This document shows positions 24,502-38,882 of a stretch of DNA of 64,000 bases, in pieces. The position numbers and the translations under genes were made by a program. Source of the DNA: Octopus vulgaris (lineage: Eukaryota); assembly GCA_951406725.2 (NCBI GenBank), contig OX597827.1, positions 44,888,001 to 44,952,000 of the forward strand. The letters run 5' to 3'. How positions within the stretch are numbered: position 1 is the first letter of the stretch; each line of letters begins with the position of its first letter. Below the pieces are notes generated by a model, which saw only the letters and a program-made list of their open reading frames with translations, did not search any database and was not told the origin of the DNA.

Positions 24502-25156
24502 TGTGTGTGTGTATGTGTGTGTGTGTGTGTGTGAATATATGTGTGTGTGTGTGTGTGTGAATATGTATATATGTGTGTGAGTGTGTGAATATGTATGTTT
24601 GTGTGTACATGTGTATGTGTGTATGTATGTGTATATATATATATACACATATATATATATATATATATATATAATGTGTGTCTGTGTGTGTGTGTGTGAA
24701 TATGTGTGTGTGTGTGTGTGTGTGTGAATATGTATATATGTGTGTGAGTGTGTGAATATGTATGTTTGTGTGTGCATGTATATATGTGTCTGTCTGTCTG
24801 AATATATGCAAGTCTGGCTCTGTGTGTGTGTCTTTGTTGTGCTGAAAGTTTTTTTTTCTTTTCTTTTGTTTTGCTTTTATTATTTTTCATTTACCATTCC
24901 TACTAAGGTTAAAGAACACTTATCAAAATACCAAAAACACAAACAAAAACCTGAATAAATACTAAACAGAGTTTAAGAGATAAATCTATCTCTTCACACA
25001 CACACACACATTCGTACTCACATGTGTGTATGTATATGTGTATATGACGATGTCTGTCTCTATATGCCTATATATATGTATGTAATATTTATATACATAT
25101 ATGTATGTATACGTCTCTGCTTCTCTGTACACACACACATGCATATATACACACAC

Positions 25157-25191
<35 letters not shown>

Positions 25192-25357
25192 CACACACAC
25201 ACATATATATATATATGTCTCTGCTTCTCTATACACATACATACACAAATATATGTATATATATGAGTCTCTGCATCTGTGTGTGTATATATATATATCT
25301 GCTTCTCTGTACACATACACACAAACACATATATATATGAGTCTCTACATCCGTGTG

Positions 25358-25396
<39 letters not shown>

Positions 25397-25462
25397 CCAC
25401 CTCTGTGTATATGTATCCATTATATCTACATATCTGTGTGTGTGTGTGTGTGTGTGTGTGTG
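24175..25462. repeat. Long (TG)/(TA) microsatellite field with short local duplications
   Basis: Directly visible; source of the HT/IY/CV ORFs. Confidence 0.9.
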
Positions 25463-26530
25463 CAAATGTAAACAAAAGAAAGGCTTTTATAAATGAATCA
25501 ACCCAAAACCAAACATAATTTAGAAATACAATTTGTAAATATATATGAGTTATCTGTGTAACTGAGCGAGCTTTATTCCTCTTATTGTTTATGTAGGTAA
25601 TTGTTTTGTGAGAATGTTTCCTGATTGTTGTGTATACAGGCGCTTCTAAAGGATTTTGATATTTTACTACATGTAATGTGTTACACATGTTGATGTATGT
25701 ATGTCTGTATGTATGTGTGTGTGTGTGTATATATATATATATCATAATATATGTACATGACTTATAAAAATATTTCTGTTTGAAATTTAAAATTGGCAAA
25801 ATAGATTTTGTCTTTTTTTTCTTTTTTTTTTTGTCTTTCCTGCCCTCCCATCTTTTAACTGGAACAGGGAAATGTAGATAGATTTTGTTTTTAAATATCC
25901 ATTTCTGTTTTTTTTTTTGTTTTGTTTATATTTAAAATTTACACACACACACACATGTATATAGTGAAATTTAAATCTATAAAAGTAGCTAATCTTTTTT
26001 CTTTGGTTTTGATTGTATTTCAATTTGCATTTGATTTGAGGTTTTTTTGTGCTTTGCTTTCTATTTACTCTCACATACTCTTACTCATTCCTTGCCTCTC
26101 TGTCTCTCTATTTGTCTCCCTATCTCTCTCTCCATCTCCCTCTGTCTCTCTCTCTCTTTCTCTCTCTATCTTTCTGCGTCTCTCTCTCTCTCTCTCTCAT
26201 TTCGGATTCATAGAAACAAGTTTAATCACTTTCAACCTGCACAGTTTTTTTTTCCCACCCAGGATATGATACAAACTATTGTGTGTGTTTGTGTGTGTGT
26301 GTGGACCAGGTGGGGTGGGTGGGGCAGTGATTGGCTCACCACAGCAACACCCACCCCCACTCAGTCACACCGACACCCACACACACTCACACACCCACAC
26401 AGCCAAACATCTATCCATCTCTGCCATGATGTCATGTCACACCATTAAGTCACTTTTGTGATTCCATATGTAAAACTCAAAAATTCAATACAGATCAATA
26501 TAGATTATTGTCATTCTATTTACAACTAAC

Positions 26531-26565
<35 letters not shown>

Positions 26566-26837
26566 GCTTTGTTTTTGCTTTTGTTTTGTTTTTTTTTGTT
26601 TTTTGTTGTCTATATTGCCTCCACTTCTCCAATTTAAAATCACATGATTACACACATTAAGCACAGGTAACTCAGCCATCAACATACTAAACAGCTGTGT
26701 CTGTGCACAGATTTCTCATCAATATGCAATGTCTGACTTTTACTCTTTTGTTGTTGTTGTTCTTCTTCGTTTTACTGGTTTCAGTCTTTGGGATTTTGGC
26801 CATGCTGGGGCACCACCAACCAACTACTAAGGTGTAT

Positions 26838-27158
26838 ATCATCATCATCATCATTGTTTAACGTTCGCTTTTCATGCTAGCATGGGTTGGACGATTTGAC
26901 TGAGGACTGGTGAACCAGATGGCTGCACCAGGCTCCAATCTTGATCTGGCAGAGTTTCTACAGCTGGATGCCCTTCCTAATGCCAACCACTTCAAGAGTG
27001 TAGTGGGTGCTTTTACGTGCCACCCCCTACTGGCAACGACATCGCTCGAATCTTTTTACGCATGCCACTGGCGCAGGTGCCAGTAAGGCGATACTGGTAA
27101 TGATCACGCTCGAATAGTGCCTTTTACATGCCGCCAGCACAGAAGCCAGTTAGCTGCT
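26838..27158 (-). mobile_element. Repeat with RTE-type (CAT)n tail
   Basis: (CAT)n-TTGTTTAACGTTCGCTTTTCATGCTAGCATGGGTTGGACG and GGATGCCCTTCCTAA. Same family as 49180-49668 and ~54035-54480. Confidence 0.8.
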
Positions 27159-27822
27159 ATATATATATAGATATACACATATATATATATCATTACATTG
27201 ACTCCCTCATACTTATTTTATCAGCTTCTCAACAATGAAAGTGAAAACATAGACTGGAGGAGTTTTGAGCTCAGAATATAAATATTTACCACTAGATTAT
27301 TTTGTCCAATGATTGACCACCTCTAGAATTCATACACGTTAATGTGGTCAGCAATAGCTGGACCAAGGCTCACTTCAGGCCATTCTAGGTGTTCTCTATG
27401 ATCTCTTTTACTCTTTTACTTGTTTTGGTCATCTGATCATGGCCATGCTGGAGTACTACCTTTAGTTGAGCAAATCGACCCCAGGACTTATTCTTTGTAA
27501 GCTTAGTAGTTATTCTATCAGTCTATTTTGCTGAACCGCTAAGATACGACAAGCTTGTTTCCATCTACCAAATCCACTTACAAGGCATTGGTCAGCCTAA
27601 GTAGAAAACACTTGCCCAAGGTATCATGCAGTGAGACTAAACCCAGAACATGGGTTTATGAAGCAAACTTCTTACTGCACAGTCACACCTGTGCCTATAT
27701 ATATATATATATATATATGTATATGTATGTATGTAGTTGAAATTTATAGACAAACAAAGAACGAAGACAGGCGTATGAACAACAAGCAAGTGTATTAGTT
27801 TGACGCTCAGGAAAATGAAAAT

Positions 27823-27862
27823 GTCTTTTATGTTTCGGCCCTATGCTCTTCAATAGAAAGGA
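27823..27862 (-). other. Decayed hammerhead-like motif in a Penelope-type terminal fragment
   Basis: Minus strand: CTTT CTATTGA AGAGCATAGGGCC GAAAC ATA AAAG. Stem I is CTTT/AAAG; the core is mutated. Confidence 0.35.
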
Positions 27863-28125
27863 ATAAAAGAAAATAAGCAAAGAGTGAATGAAAAAAGCTT
27901 GTAGATTTCAGCAGTCCAGCATGGCATATATATATATATATATATATATACAATACACACTTATATATCTCTGATGTGTTTGTGCTCATATTCCTTGTTG
28001 ACATGTAAGCATTTTTGCACTAAACACAAAGGAGTGAGACTTTGTATCTTGAGTCAAAGGAAGATAATTCATTCAGGCAAAGTTATATTGAAGAGCTAAA
28101 TAAGAAAATTCTAAACACAAGAACA

Positions 28126-28173
<48 letters not shown>

Positions 28174-29070
28174 TAGATAAACAAATAATAAAAAAATTTA
28201 CATTCTACTCAAACTGTGTCCTTTTGGATATTTGCCACTATGAAGGAAGAACAGAAAATATGGCCAGAGAAAAAAAAATCAGTGCAAAAATTAGGAAAGA
28301 AAAAGTTGAATATAACAAACTGCAACCAATTCAAATTTATATAAATCATTTTATTTTATTTTGTTTTATTTTCATTATTTGTTCCCCTCCCATTCTAAAT
28401 CCCTTCCAAAATGTAAATTTGGCAAAAAGAAAAACCAAAAAAAAGAAAGAAAAATACAAATTTGTCACTTTTTATAATGGAAGTGGCGACTGTGTTTGTA
28501 TTAGGTTCTTTTTCTTTTTTTCTGCAATAGTAGTTAGTGTGGGGTAGATTTTTTGGGGTTTGGGGTTTAAAATATTTTGCTGTCTGGCCCCTGAACATAA
28601 TGTTTTGTTCAGGGAAGGGTTATTCCTTGAAGATGGCCCGCTGGCATCAGAGTCCCTGCTTCTGCTGTTATTAATTTTAGTGGATCTTTTTTTTTTGTTT
28701 TGTTATATTTTTTTTGTTTTGCCAGTACTCTATAATGATGATGCTGATGTTGATGACAATGGTGGTTTACTTCACTCTGCACAACCCCTTGCCAACCACT
28801 GAAATTAATTTGTCATTCCAATCTAGAAGAGGGAAGACAGAACAAGGTATGAGGTGTGGTGGCTGAGTGGGTGGGGTGGAGGGGCATACTCCCTGCTAGA
28901 ACATTAGATATTTACCTATTCCCTTTTTTTTTTATCTCTTCCTTTCTCCCCTTTTATTTACATTTTCAACTTTGATTTCAATGTCATTTTCATATATACA
29001 CACACACACACACACACATATTTGTAAATGCTTCCCTATTTCTCTTTCACCTTATTTATATATATATGTG

Positions 29071-29107
<37 letters not shown>

Positions 29108-31282
29108 ATTTATTCACACACACACATAAATGCACATATATCCCTTTTGTTCTCATTTGCTTTTTATTTTGTTTTTTTAGCCATTAAGAGATTTTTAGGC
29201 TCTCCATTCTGTTCTGCTCTCCTTCCCCCTCCCCCTTGCTCTCTCTTTTTTTCTTTTATTCTATTATTTTATTACCTGTCTGCCAATCCCCCCCCTCTCT
29301 CTCTCTCTCTCACACCAACTTAGTTCCCTCCCTTCCGCCCATATCTCAGCTGTCTCCCTATCTTCATGTCCCCAAATTAAAACAAATCTAAACTGGGAAG
29401 AAGAAAAATGAATAAAAAAAAGAGTAAACAACAAAAATTGACAAAACAAGAAATACTTTTAAAATATATTTATTTAAAAAAAAAAAAAAACGTAAAAAGT
29501 ATTTAAAATGAAAAGAGTCCCACACACACACACACATTCATACACACTCTCACACATGCATGCACACTTTCTCATAGTCACTCACCCATATGCGCTCCTA
29601 CCTAAACACAAGCATAACAGATCTCTTGAGAAATAGAGGACATTGCCAATAGTGAAGTCTGAGAAGAAGCCTAGTAATGGGGTTTGTGCTGGGTGGAATT
29701 GGAAGTAGGGGTAGCGGAGAGGGGTCAGGCGTCGGCTTGGTGATGGCGGCGGTGGTGGTGTCGATGATGTGGTGTCTGTAGTGTTAGAGAAAAAGAAAGG
29801 GTGTTTGTGATTGTGATGGTGCGAGGTTGGTACTTTTTGTGGAGCCCAAGCCCAGGGCCAGCTCTGATTGAGCAAACCTCCGATGAAGAGTATTCTAACC
29901 GTGACCATCCATCTGGACTTTTATTCATAGGCTCGGGTAGGGCTGTATAGTAAGATGTTTGCTTCCCAACCACATGGCTCCAGGTTCAGTCCTGCTGCAT
30001 GGCATCTTGGCCAAATGTTGGGGCCGACCTAAGCCTTGTGAGTTGATTTGGTATATGGAAACTGAAAGAAGCCTGTCAAATATTTGTGTATATATGGGTG
30101 GGTGTGTGTGTCTCCTACTATCGCTTGACAACCAGTGATAGATTAGACCGATAGAACAAGTACCTGTGTGGATTCAAGCCATAACACTCCACAATTAAGT
30201 TTGCTTCCCAGCCACATTGTTCAGGGTTCTGCTCCGCTACGTGGCACCTTGGGCATGTGTCCTCTAATATAGCCACGGGCCGACCAAAACCTTGTTGGTG
30301 GATTTGGTAGACAGAAACTGAAAAATGCTCATCATATATGTATATCTTTACATGTATTTATGTGTCTGGGCTGTCTCCCACCACCACTTAACAACCAGTG
30401 TTGGTGTGTTTATGTCCCTTTAACTTAGTAGTTTGGCAAAAGAGACTGATTAGAATAAGTACCAGGCTTTAAGAAAACAAAGTACTTAGGCCAATCCGTT
30501 TGATTAAAAAGATTCTTCAAGGCAGTGCCTCAGCATGGCCACAGTCTAATGATTAAAACGAGTAAAAGATGAATGTATGATTTGATTCCATAGCAGCAAA
30601 CTTCCCTCAAATCAGATCTACTTCTTGAGAAAAAATTTGAAAGAATGAAAGTAAAACTTGGAAGTCACCATTTGAAAGATTTTGATTGTACTTCTGAGAG
30701 TATCACAGCATCCGTGTATCACTGTATGTGGCACACCCCATCAATTCAGCTCCATGATATATCAAATTGTTGATATACCTAGATACTTAGATAGGTTTCA
30801 GCCACATTGGCCCAGGCCATAGCTAATTTAATAGCACCACCTGGAAAAAACATTTATTTAGTAATATATTTTTGTAATAGTTATTTGTATGGGCACCATT
30901 GCCTATTCGATTAAAGAGTTGTTGTTTGCAGCAGTATATCTGGTTTATCAGGAATTTGTTGGAGATATTCATCCAGGAACTTACTCTAGGTTATGAAATC
31001 TTTTTCCCCCTTTATATGTTTTAGAATGATATTAAAAGGAGCAGGTCCAGTTGAGGAGAAGTAGTTTTGTCTTAGTGTTATGATCTGTTATTTTTTACTT
31101 ATTTCATTTAACTGCAGCCATGCTGAGGCACAATCTTGAAGAACTTTTAGTCAAATGCATCGACACCCCCACTAATTGTTTTCTTTAAGCCCAGTTCTTA
31201 TTATATCAGTTGCTTTTGCTGCACCACTAAGTTGCATGGACATGAACACACCAACACCAGTTGTCAAGTGGACACACATGTA

Positions 31283-31315
<33 letters not shown>

Positions 31316-31334
31316 GACAGACTTTTTTCAGCTT

Positions 31335-31750
31335 CTTATTTCTTTATTGCCCACAAGGAGCTAAACATAGACAGGACAAACAAGGACAGACAAAGGGATT
31401 AAGTCGATTACATCGACCCCAATGTGCAACACGTACTTAATTTATCGACCCCGAAAGGATGAAAGGCAAAGTCGATCTCTGCAGAATTTGAACTCGGAAT
31501 GTAACGGCAGATGAAATACCTATTTCTTTACTACCCACAAGGGGCTAAACACAGAGGGGACAAACAAGGACAGACAAACGGATTAAGTCGATTACATAGA
31601 CCCAGTGCGTAACTGGTACTTAATTTATCGACCCTGAAGGATGAAAGGCAAAGTTGACCTTGGTGGAATTTGAACTCAGAATGTAATGGCAGACGAAATA
31701 TGGCTACGCATTTCGCCCAGCGTGCTAACATTTCTGCCAGCTCGCCGCCT
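31335..31750 (-). mobile_element. OK-like SINE dimer nested in an OR-like SINE (~31090-31900)
   Basis: The host SINE is interrupted at TTCAG(C/T)TTCT; dimer junction GAAATACCTATTTCTTTACTACCCACAAGG at ~31515. Confidence 0.85.
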
Positions 31751-32954
31751 TAATTCAGTTTCTGTCTACCAAATCCACTCACAAGGCTTTGGTCAGCTCA
31801 AGACTATAGTAAAAGACACTTGCCCAAGGTACCACGCAGTGGGACTGAACCCAAAACCATGTGGCTGGGATGCAAACGCCTTACCACACAGCCACGCCTG
31901 CACGAATGTACGCAGCGGCAATTACACTGCTTTTGTTAAGTGCCTTTACACTCTTTATACAGTTAAAGTGTACACTTTTGTTACATTGTGTTTGATTAGC
32001 TCTAACGATTGAGCTAATTTTAATCCTTTCATTATCATATTTCTCTTGAAATACACTGCTTTTGTTTAAATTAATTTTGACAATAATGAAGAATTTAGTA
32101 AAAATAACATCATCGTTTATTAACCCTTTCCATACCAACCTGCCCAAGACCTCCACTGGTTCTGTGATGTAAAACTTCCCGTTTTAAAGTAATTGAAATT
32201 AAAACCTTCCTTTAGAATTTCATGTTAATTTTCCAAATGCCGGCTTAATGATGACGGAATTATTTTACAAATTTCTTTGTAATTTTTCCCAAATTAAATG
32301 CAACAAAGGCAGCGTATTTTAAAAGAAGTGTTCTTTTATTCTTTTATTTGTTTCAGTCATTTGACTGCGGCCATGCTGGAGCACTGCCTTTAGTCGAACA
32401 AATCGAACCCCCCCCCCCCAGGACTTATTCTTTGTAAGCCCAGTACTTATTCTGTCAGTCTCTTTTGCCGAACTGCTAAGTTACGGGGACACGAACACAC
32501 CAACATCGGTTGTGAAGTGATGGCGAGTGGGGTGGACAAACACAGACACACACACACACATATAACGGGCTTCTTTCAGTTTCCGTCTACCAAATCCACT
32601 TACAAGGCTTTAGTTGGCCAAAGGCTATAGTAGAAGACACCTTGTATTTATTCTGTTTTCTTTAAAGCCTGATATTTATTCTATCAGTCTGTTTTGCCGA
32701 ACTGCTAAGTTACAGGGACATAAACACAATACCAGTAGTCAAGCATTGGTGGGGGGAGGGGTGCAAACACGGGCACAAAGGCACATACGCTATCTAATGT
32801 TGGTTTGTTTACATCCTCATCACGTTGCAGTTTAGCAAAGAGATACATACAGAATAAGTATTGGAAGTGGGGGTTGATTTATTCCAGTAAATACTCCAAG
32901 GTGCTCCAGCATGGTCACAGTATGATGACTGAAGTAAAATTACATAGAGAAATA

Positions 32955-33380
32955 GGCGCAGGAGTGGCTGTGTGGTAAGTAGCTTGCTTACCAACCACAT
33001 GGTTCTGTGTTCAGTCCCACTGCGTGGTATCGCTTGCAAGTGTCTTCTACTATAGCCTCGGGCTGACCAAAGCCTTGTGAGTGGATTTGGTAGACGGAAA
33101 CTGAAAGAAGCCCGTCGTATATATGTATATATATATATATTTGTGTGTGTTTGTGTGTCTGTGTTTGTCCCCTTAGCATTGCTTGACAACCGATGCTGGT
33201 TTGTTTACGTCCCTGTACCTTAGCAGTTCGGCAAAACAGACCGATAGAATAAGTACTGGTCTTACAAAGAATAAGTACTGGGCTTACAAAGAATAAGTCC
33301 CGGGGACGAGTTGCTCGATTAAAGGTGGTGCTCCAGCATGGCCGCAGTCAAATGACTGAAACAAGTAAAAGAGTAAAAGA
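32955..33380 (+). mobile_element. Near full-length tRNA-derived CORE-type SINE (OR-like)
   Basis: Head GGCGCAGGAGTGGCTGTGTGG, GTTCAGTCCC B box, GCAAGTGTCTTCTACTATAGCC core-like segment, internal TA/TG tract, GTAAAAGA tail. Confidence 0.85.
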
Positions 33381-34267
33381 GAGAGAGATAGTTGAATATG
33401 CTGCTTTTTTTGTTTACATTTAATTCTGCTAGGCTGGGACTGACATTGTGGTGATGATGGTGGGTGGATTCTTTTTTAACAACAATGTTCCTTGTGTTCC
33501 CAGCTCCTGATCCTCTATGGGACATCTTTCTCTCTCTCTTTCTCCTCCACCCTCTTGAAGTAGTGGTTCTTTTCCTATCCTTGAACACTATTACTGTTGT
33601 GGAGTCTGTCTTTAGATAAGTTGTTGTTGTTGTCCTTCCATTGTGTTAGCCTTCTTTTGTAGTGTATTCAGTCCTTTCTTTTTTTTTCTTTTTTCATTCT
33701 ACATCATCTCCCCCAATACCCACCCCACCCCGACCTCAGGCTTTGCTCTTTGCTTGCTTGTGTGTCTGTGTATATATAGGTGGCCTGAGGCAAGTTGGTC
33801 TAACTTAGAGAGAAAGAGAGAGACAGGCAGACAGAAAGAGAAAGTGAGAGAGAAATTAGGGGAGGTGCAAGATGACAGATAAGGAGAAAGAGAGAGAAAA
33901 GGCTTGATGTATGGGATAGAGAATAGAGAGAAAAGAATGTAGCTCTCCTTCTTCCCACCACCTTAGTAGCTATGAGGAAACTGCAAGTTCTGAATTGTTA
34001 AGAAAAAAAGCTGTACACCTGTGTATCTGTCAACACACACACACACACATATTTATATATGTGTGTATATGTGATTGTAACAATGGTGATTGACTTTGTT
34101 ATGCTCAGAGTAGGTTCTTGCTCAATGCAATCCCCGTAGGCAGTATGTGCTGAGTACACTTTTCCACCTCTATTAAATCAATACATAATACCATCATCAA
34201 CATCATTCAACATCCTGCTGGCATGGGTTGGATATATATATATATGTATGTGTGTGTGTGTGTGTGT

Positions 34268-34560
34268 GGAGGCACATGGCCTAGTGGTTAGAGCAGCGGA
34301 CTTACAGGTGAGGGATTGCAAGTTCGAATCTCAGACCGGGCGATGTGTGTGTTTATGAGTGAAACACCTAAGCTCCACGCGGCTCCGGCAGAAGGTAATG
34401 GCGAACTTCTGCTGACTCTTTCACCACAACTTTCTCTCACTCTTTCCTCTTGCATCTTACCTGCGACGGACCGGCGTCCTGTCCAGGTGGGGAACCTATA
34501 CGCCAAGGAAACCAGGAAACCGGCCCTTATGAGCCAGGCATGGCTTGAGAAGGAACAAAC
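34268..34560 (+). mobile_element. tRNA-derived SINE with V-domain-like motif
   Basis: A box TGGCCTAGTGG, B box AGTTCGAATCT, CCTGCGACGGACCGGCGTCCTGTCCAGG motif; inserted between TG and TA repeats. Confidence 0.75.
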
Positions 34561-34565
34561 ATACA

Positions 34566-34598
<33 letters not shown>

Positions 34599-34825
34599 GC
34601 ATATGTATGTATTTTATTGTTTTATTTGTTTCAGTCATTTGACTGTGGCCATGCTGGAGCACTGCCTTTAGTCAAACAAATCGACCCCAGGACTTATTCT
34701 TTGTAAGCCTAGTACTTATCCTCTCGGGCTCTTTTGCCGAACCACTAAGTTATGGGGATATAATCACACCAACATCGGTTGTCAAGCAATGGTGGGAGGG
34801 ACATTTCTTCTCTTATATATATATG

Positions 34826-34856
<31 letters not shown>

Positions 34857-35499
34857 GTAATGGTGTCAGTAAGACCCAAAGGTGTCAGGTAATGCTGAGT
34901 AAGTGCCATGGACCTTCTAGTTATAAATGTTCTAAAATCTTCACAGCCTTGGTTTTTTTATCTCATTCTAAACAAAAAATTTTATATATGTGTGTGCCCG
35001 TGTGTGTGTGTGTGCACGCATGCCTTTGTTTTCGGCAACCAGTGTTGGTTTGTTTCTGTTCTTATAACTTAAATGGTTCAGCAAAAGAGACCAGTAGAAT
35101 AAAGTACCAGGCTTTAAAAAGTAACTATGTACTGGGGTCAATTCATCGGGAGTAAAAAACTCTTTAAGGCTATGCCGTTTTTTCTTTTACATGGCTGCAA
35201 TCCAGTGGCTAAAACAAGTAAAAAATGCACGCGTGCACACACACATGTGTGGTAAACAAGAATTAACCGGTTCCCTTGGACAGTCAACTGTGAATGTTGT
35301 GGGGGAGGATATTAATCTGAATAAGTTTACCTTTCCACCTTCACTCTCTACTTCTTCTTGACACCCCCCTCCCGCCCACACTCCTCCCTCTTATGTTGTA
35401 GGAAGTGATTTGCTTGCAAATAATTCATTCAGTCTTGACCACTAACAACAAAACACACACACACACACATATGTTCATTCATTCTTTCATTCAATTATT

Positions 35500-35540
<41 letters not shown>

Positions 35541-36095
35541 AGTCTTTTACCTCACCTTTCTCTGCTTCATAATGTTAAATACACACACACACACACACAC
35601 ACATGCATGCACACATGTACCTACTCACTTACATATAGCTTCCATATGTGACTTAGCTGCCTGTTCTCTTTACATTGACATCATTAACACAATAGCTCCA
35701 ACATCTTCAGCAACAGCAGCAAAATCTTTATTCCCCATCTCCTACCCAACCCCAGTCATCCTCAGCCTTGTTGTTGTTTCTGTTCTTGTCAACCCCACTA
35801 TCTTCATTGTCAACCCCCACCCCCACCGCCATCACCACCACCACATCATCATCCTCACCCTCATCACTAAACCACCACCATCGTTAACATCATCGTTACC
35901 CTCATCATCAATTAATGATAACATCTCTTAGTTGTCTTCATAGTCATTGCAATAATAACATTCAGTGTCTTTCATTGCCACAAGGGCATCAGAAGGGAGA
36001 GAATATCATTAAGGGCTGGCTGCAAAATGTCATCATCTTTTAACATCTGCCTTCCATGTTGGCATGGGTTGGATGGCTCAACAGAAGCTGGCAAG

Positions 36096-36330
36096 AAGGG
36101 CGGCGAACTAGCAGAAACGTTAGCATGCCGGGCGAAATGCTTAGCAATATTTCATCTGCCATTACGTTCTGAGTTCAAATTCCACCAAGATCGACTTTGC
36201 CTTTCATCCTTTCGGGGCTCGATAAATTAAGTACCAGTTACACACTGGGGTCGACATAATCGACTTAATCCCTTTGTCTGTCCTTGTTTGTCCCCTCTAT
36301 GTTTAGCCCCTTGTGGGCAATAAAGAAATA
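36096..36330 (+). mobile_element. OK-like SINE with 13-bp target-site duplication, nested in an RTE-tailed repeat
   Basis: AGAAGCTGGCAAG at 36083-36095 and 36331-36343. Confidence 0.9.
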
Positions 36331-38640
36331 AGAAGCTGGCAAGCTTGAGGGCTGCACCAGGCCCCAGTTGTCTGTTTTGCCATGGTTTCTCCAGCCGGAT
36401 GCCCTTCTTAATGCCAACCACTTTATAGAGTGTACTGGGTTATTTTTATTATGTGGTGTCGGCATGAGTGCTGCCTATGTGGCGCTGACACATGCTTTTC
36501 ACATGTTGTGGACACAGATGCTTTTTATTTGACACCAGCACAATCCTGCTATGATCTTGTTCCTACATATGAAACATCTGCCTATTATGATCATTATTCT
36601 TTTGACACATTTTTCAACAATTTTAACAACACAGTATAAAGGCGAAGAGAAGTAGACCTATGTTTTCTAATCGATGATTGTATGAAGCTCTTTTTAGAGT
36701 TTATTCACTTCTTGGTGCAAAGATAAAAATAAAATAGCTAACAACTCTCAGGGTAGAAGATTTGGCAAGTGTATAACAAAAGTGTCCTCTCCTATGACTG
36801 TGACATCAGTCCTGTGTATGTAGACTGTATACTATCTCAAGGAAGCCATATTTTAGGACCGATAGAATAAGTACTAGTAAGTATTAGGCTTCCAAAGAAT
36901 AAGTCCTGGGGTCGATTTGCTCAACTAAAAGGCCGTGCCCCAGCATGGCCGCAGTCAAATGACTGAAACAAGTAAAAGAGAAAGAGTAAAGAGTATATAT
37001 ATATATATATATATATACAGATGGTTAGTTCACTAGTATTGTTGAGGACAGTGATGGAAAGAAAGTTCTTATTTCTTCCACACCACTTACAGACTCAACT
37101 CCAAATCCTGGTTTTGTTTTGTTTCCATCTCTACCACCTCTGCAGCTTTTAGTGTCTTGTTTTAATTGTAACACTGCACCGCCCTTGCCCTCCCACACAC
37201 ACACTCTAACTCATAATTACGTGTCCCACAAGTAGGTTACATTTGAACACCATTATAATGTGATCTCCACCCTGCTTATGTACAACTGGTTTACACACAC
37301 ATACACACACATATCATTTATCTTTTACTTTTTTCAGTCATTAGTTTGTGGCCATGCTGGGGCATCACCTTGAAGAATTATTAATCAGAAGAATCAACCC
37401 CAGCCCTTATTTTTTTCTTTAAACCTGGTACTTCTTCTGTCGGACTATATTGCCGAACCACTAAGTTTTGGGGATGGAAACACACAAACACACATGGAAA
37501 ACATGTTAAAGGATGATGATGATGATGTGTGTGTATGTGTTTTCACTCGCAAGGCTATAGTAGAAGGCACTTGCCCAAGGTGCCATGCAGTGGAACTGAA
37601 CACAAACCTGCATGGTTGCAAAACAGGCTTCTTAACCACATAGCTATGCTTGTTCCTAGGTAGAAAAAAAGTTAAAGCTGGTCTTGGTTGGAATGTCTCT
37701 GATGTAGGTGTGATTGATCACTGGCTGACTGAATGTAGGCCATGGTAGTGTTCCAGCATGGACCACAAACCAGTGATAGAAACCAGTAAAAGAATATTCC
37801 TGTGCATAGGCATTGGGAAGTACAATGATGTTATTTGCAGTTATTAGGAATTTTATCTGCATGGTACCTTGGGTAAGTGACTTCTGCTGTAGCTCCTATA
37901 GCCTCAGGCTGACCAATGTTTCGTGTGTGGAGAGCTAGCAGAAACGTGAACATTTTGGCTGAAATGCTTCACGATATTTCATCTGTCTTTACATTCTGAG
38001 TTCAAATTCTGCTGAGGTCGACTTTGTTTTTCATCTTTTCGGGGTCAATAAATGAAGTACCAGTTACATACTGGGGTCGATCTTATCGACTGGCCCTCTT
38101 CCCCAAAATTTCGGACCTTGTGCCTAGAGTAGAAAAGAATGTCTTGTGTGTGGATTTGATAAATGGAAACTCTGTAGAAGCCCAACATGCGTGTGTGTGT
38201 GTGTGTGTGTACTTTTCTATTTATGTTTGTCCCCTGCTACTCATTGATAGCCAGTATAGGTTTGTTTATGTCTTTATAATTTAGCAGTTCAGCAAGAAAT
38301 CCTGATAGAATAAGCTTGCATGCTTTAAGAAAACATTTTTTAAATCACTACTGGAGTCCATTTGTTAGATGAACTCCTTCAAGACAGGGCCTTAGCATGA
38401 CCACAGTCCAATGATTGAAACGAGTAAGAGAGAAAAACATTCAGTGTACACTGTAAAGTGGTTGGTGTTTTGAAGGACATCCAGCTGTAAAAGCCATGTC
38501 AAAACTGACCTCACCGGTGCTGGTGCCAAAGCCATGCCTAAAACACACACAGAAGTCTGGTGCAATCTTCTGCCTGGCCAGCTCCTGTCAAACCGTCCAA
38601 CCCATGCCAGCATGGAAAGCAGACGTTAAACTATGATGAT

Positions 38641-38682
<42 letters not shown>

Positions 38683-38882
38683 AAATTTAGAGGACTGACC
38701 ACTAAAAGTGGACAGCCTATATGCTAAACATAGCCGTCAAATTGCCATTACCACGAAGAATGTGTTCTCAAGAAAAATCTCAGCAAAATATCAAAATGTA
38801 AAAATAAGCAAGACAAATGAAAATATATGAAATAAAAAACGATTGACTGTTGTAGTTTATATATACACACATACACACACAC

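Noticed and set aside
24116-25799. Long ORFs (231 and 236 aa) rich in HT/IY/CV
   Set aside because: They are translations of (CA)n/(TA)n/(TG)n microsatellites, open in several frames.
26449-26470. Resemblance to the miR-153 5' arm (GTCACTTTTGTGAT)
   Set aside because: There is no complementary arm nearby to form a pre-miRNA.
28589-28614. 9-bp hairpin CCCTGAACA/TGTTCAGGG
   Set aside because: Too short for a pre-miRNA and plausible by chance.
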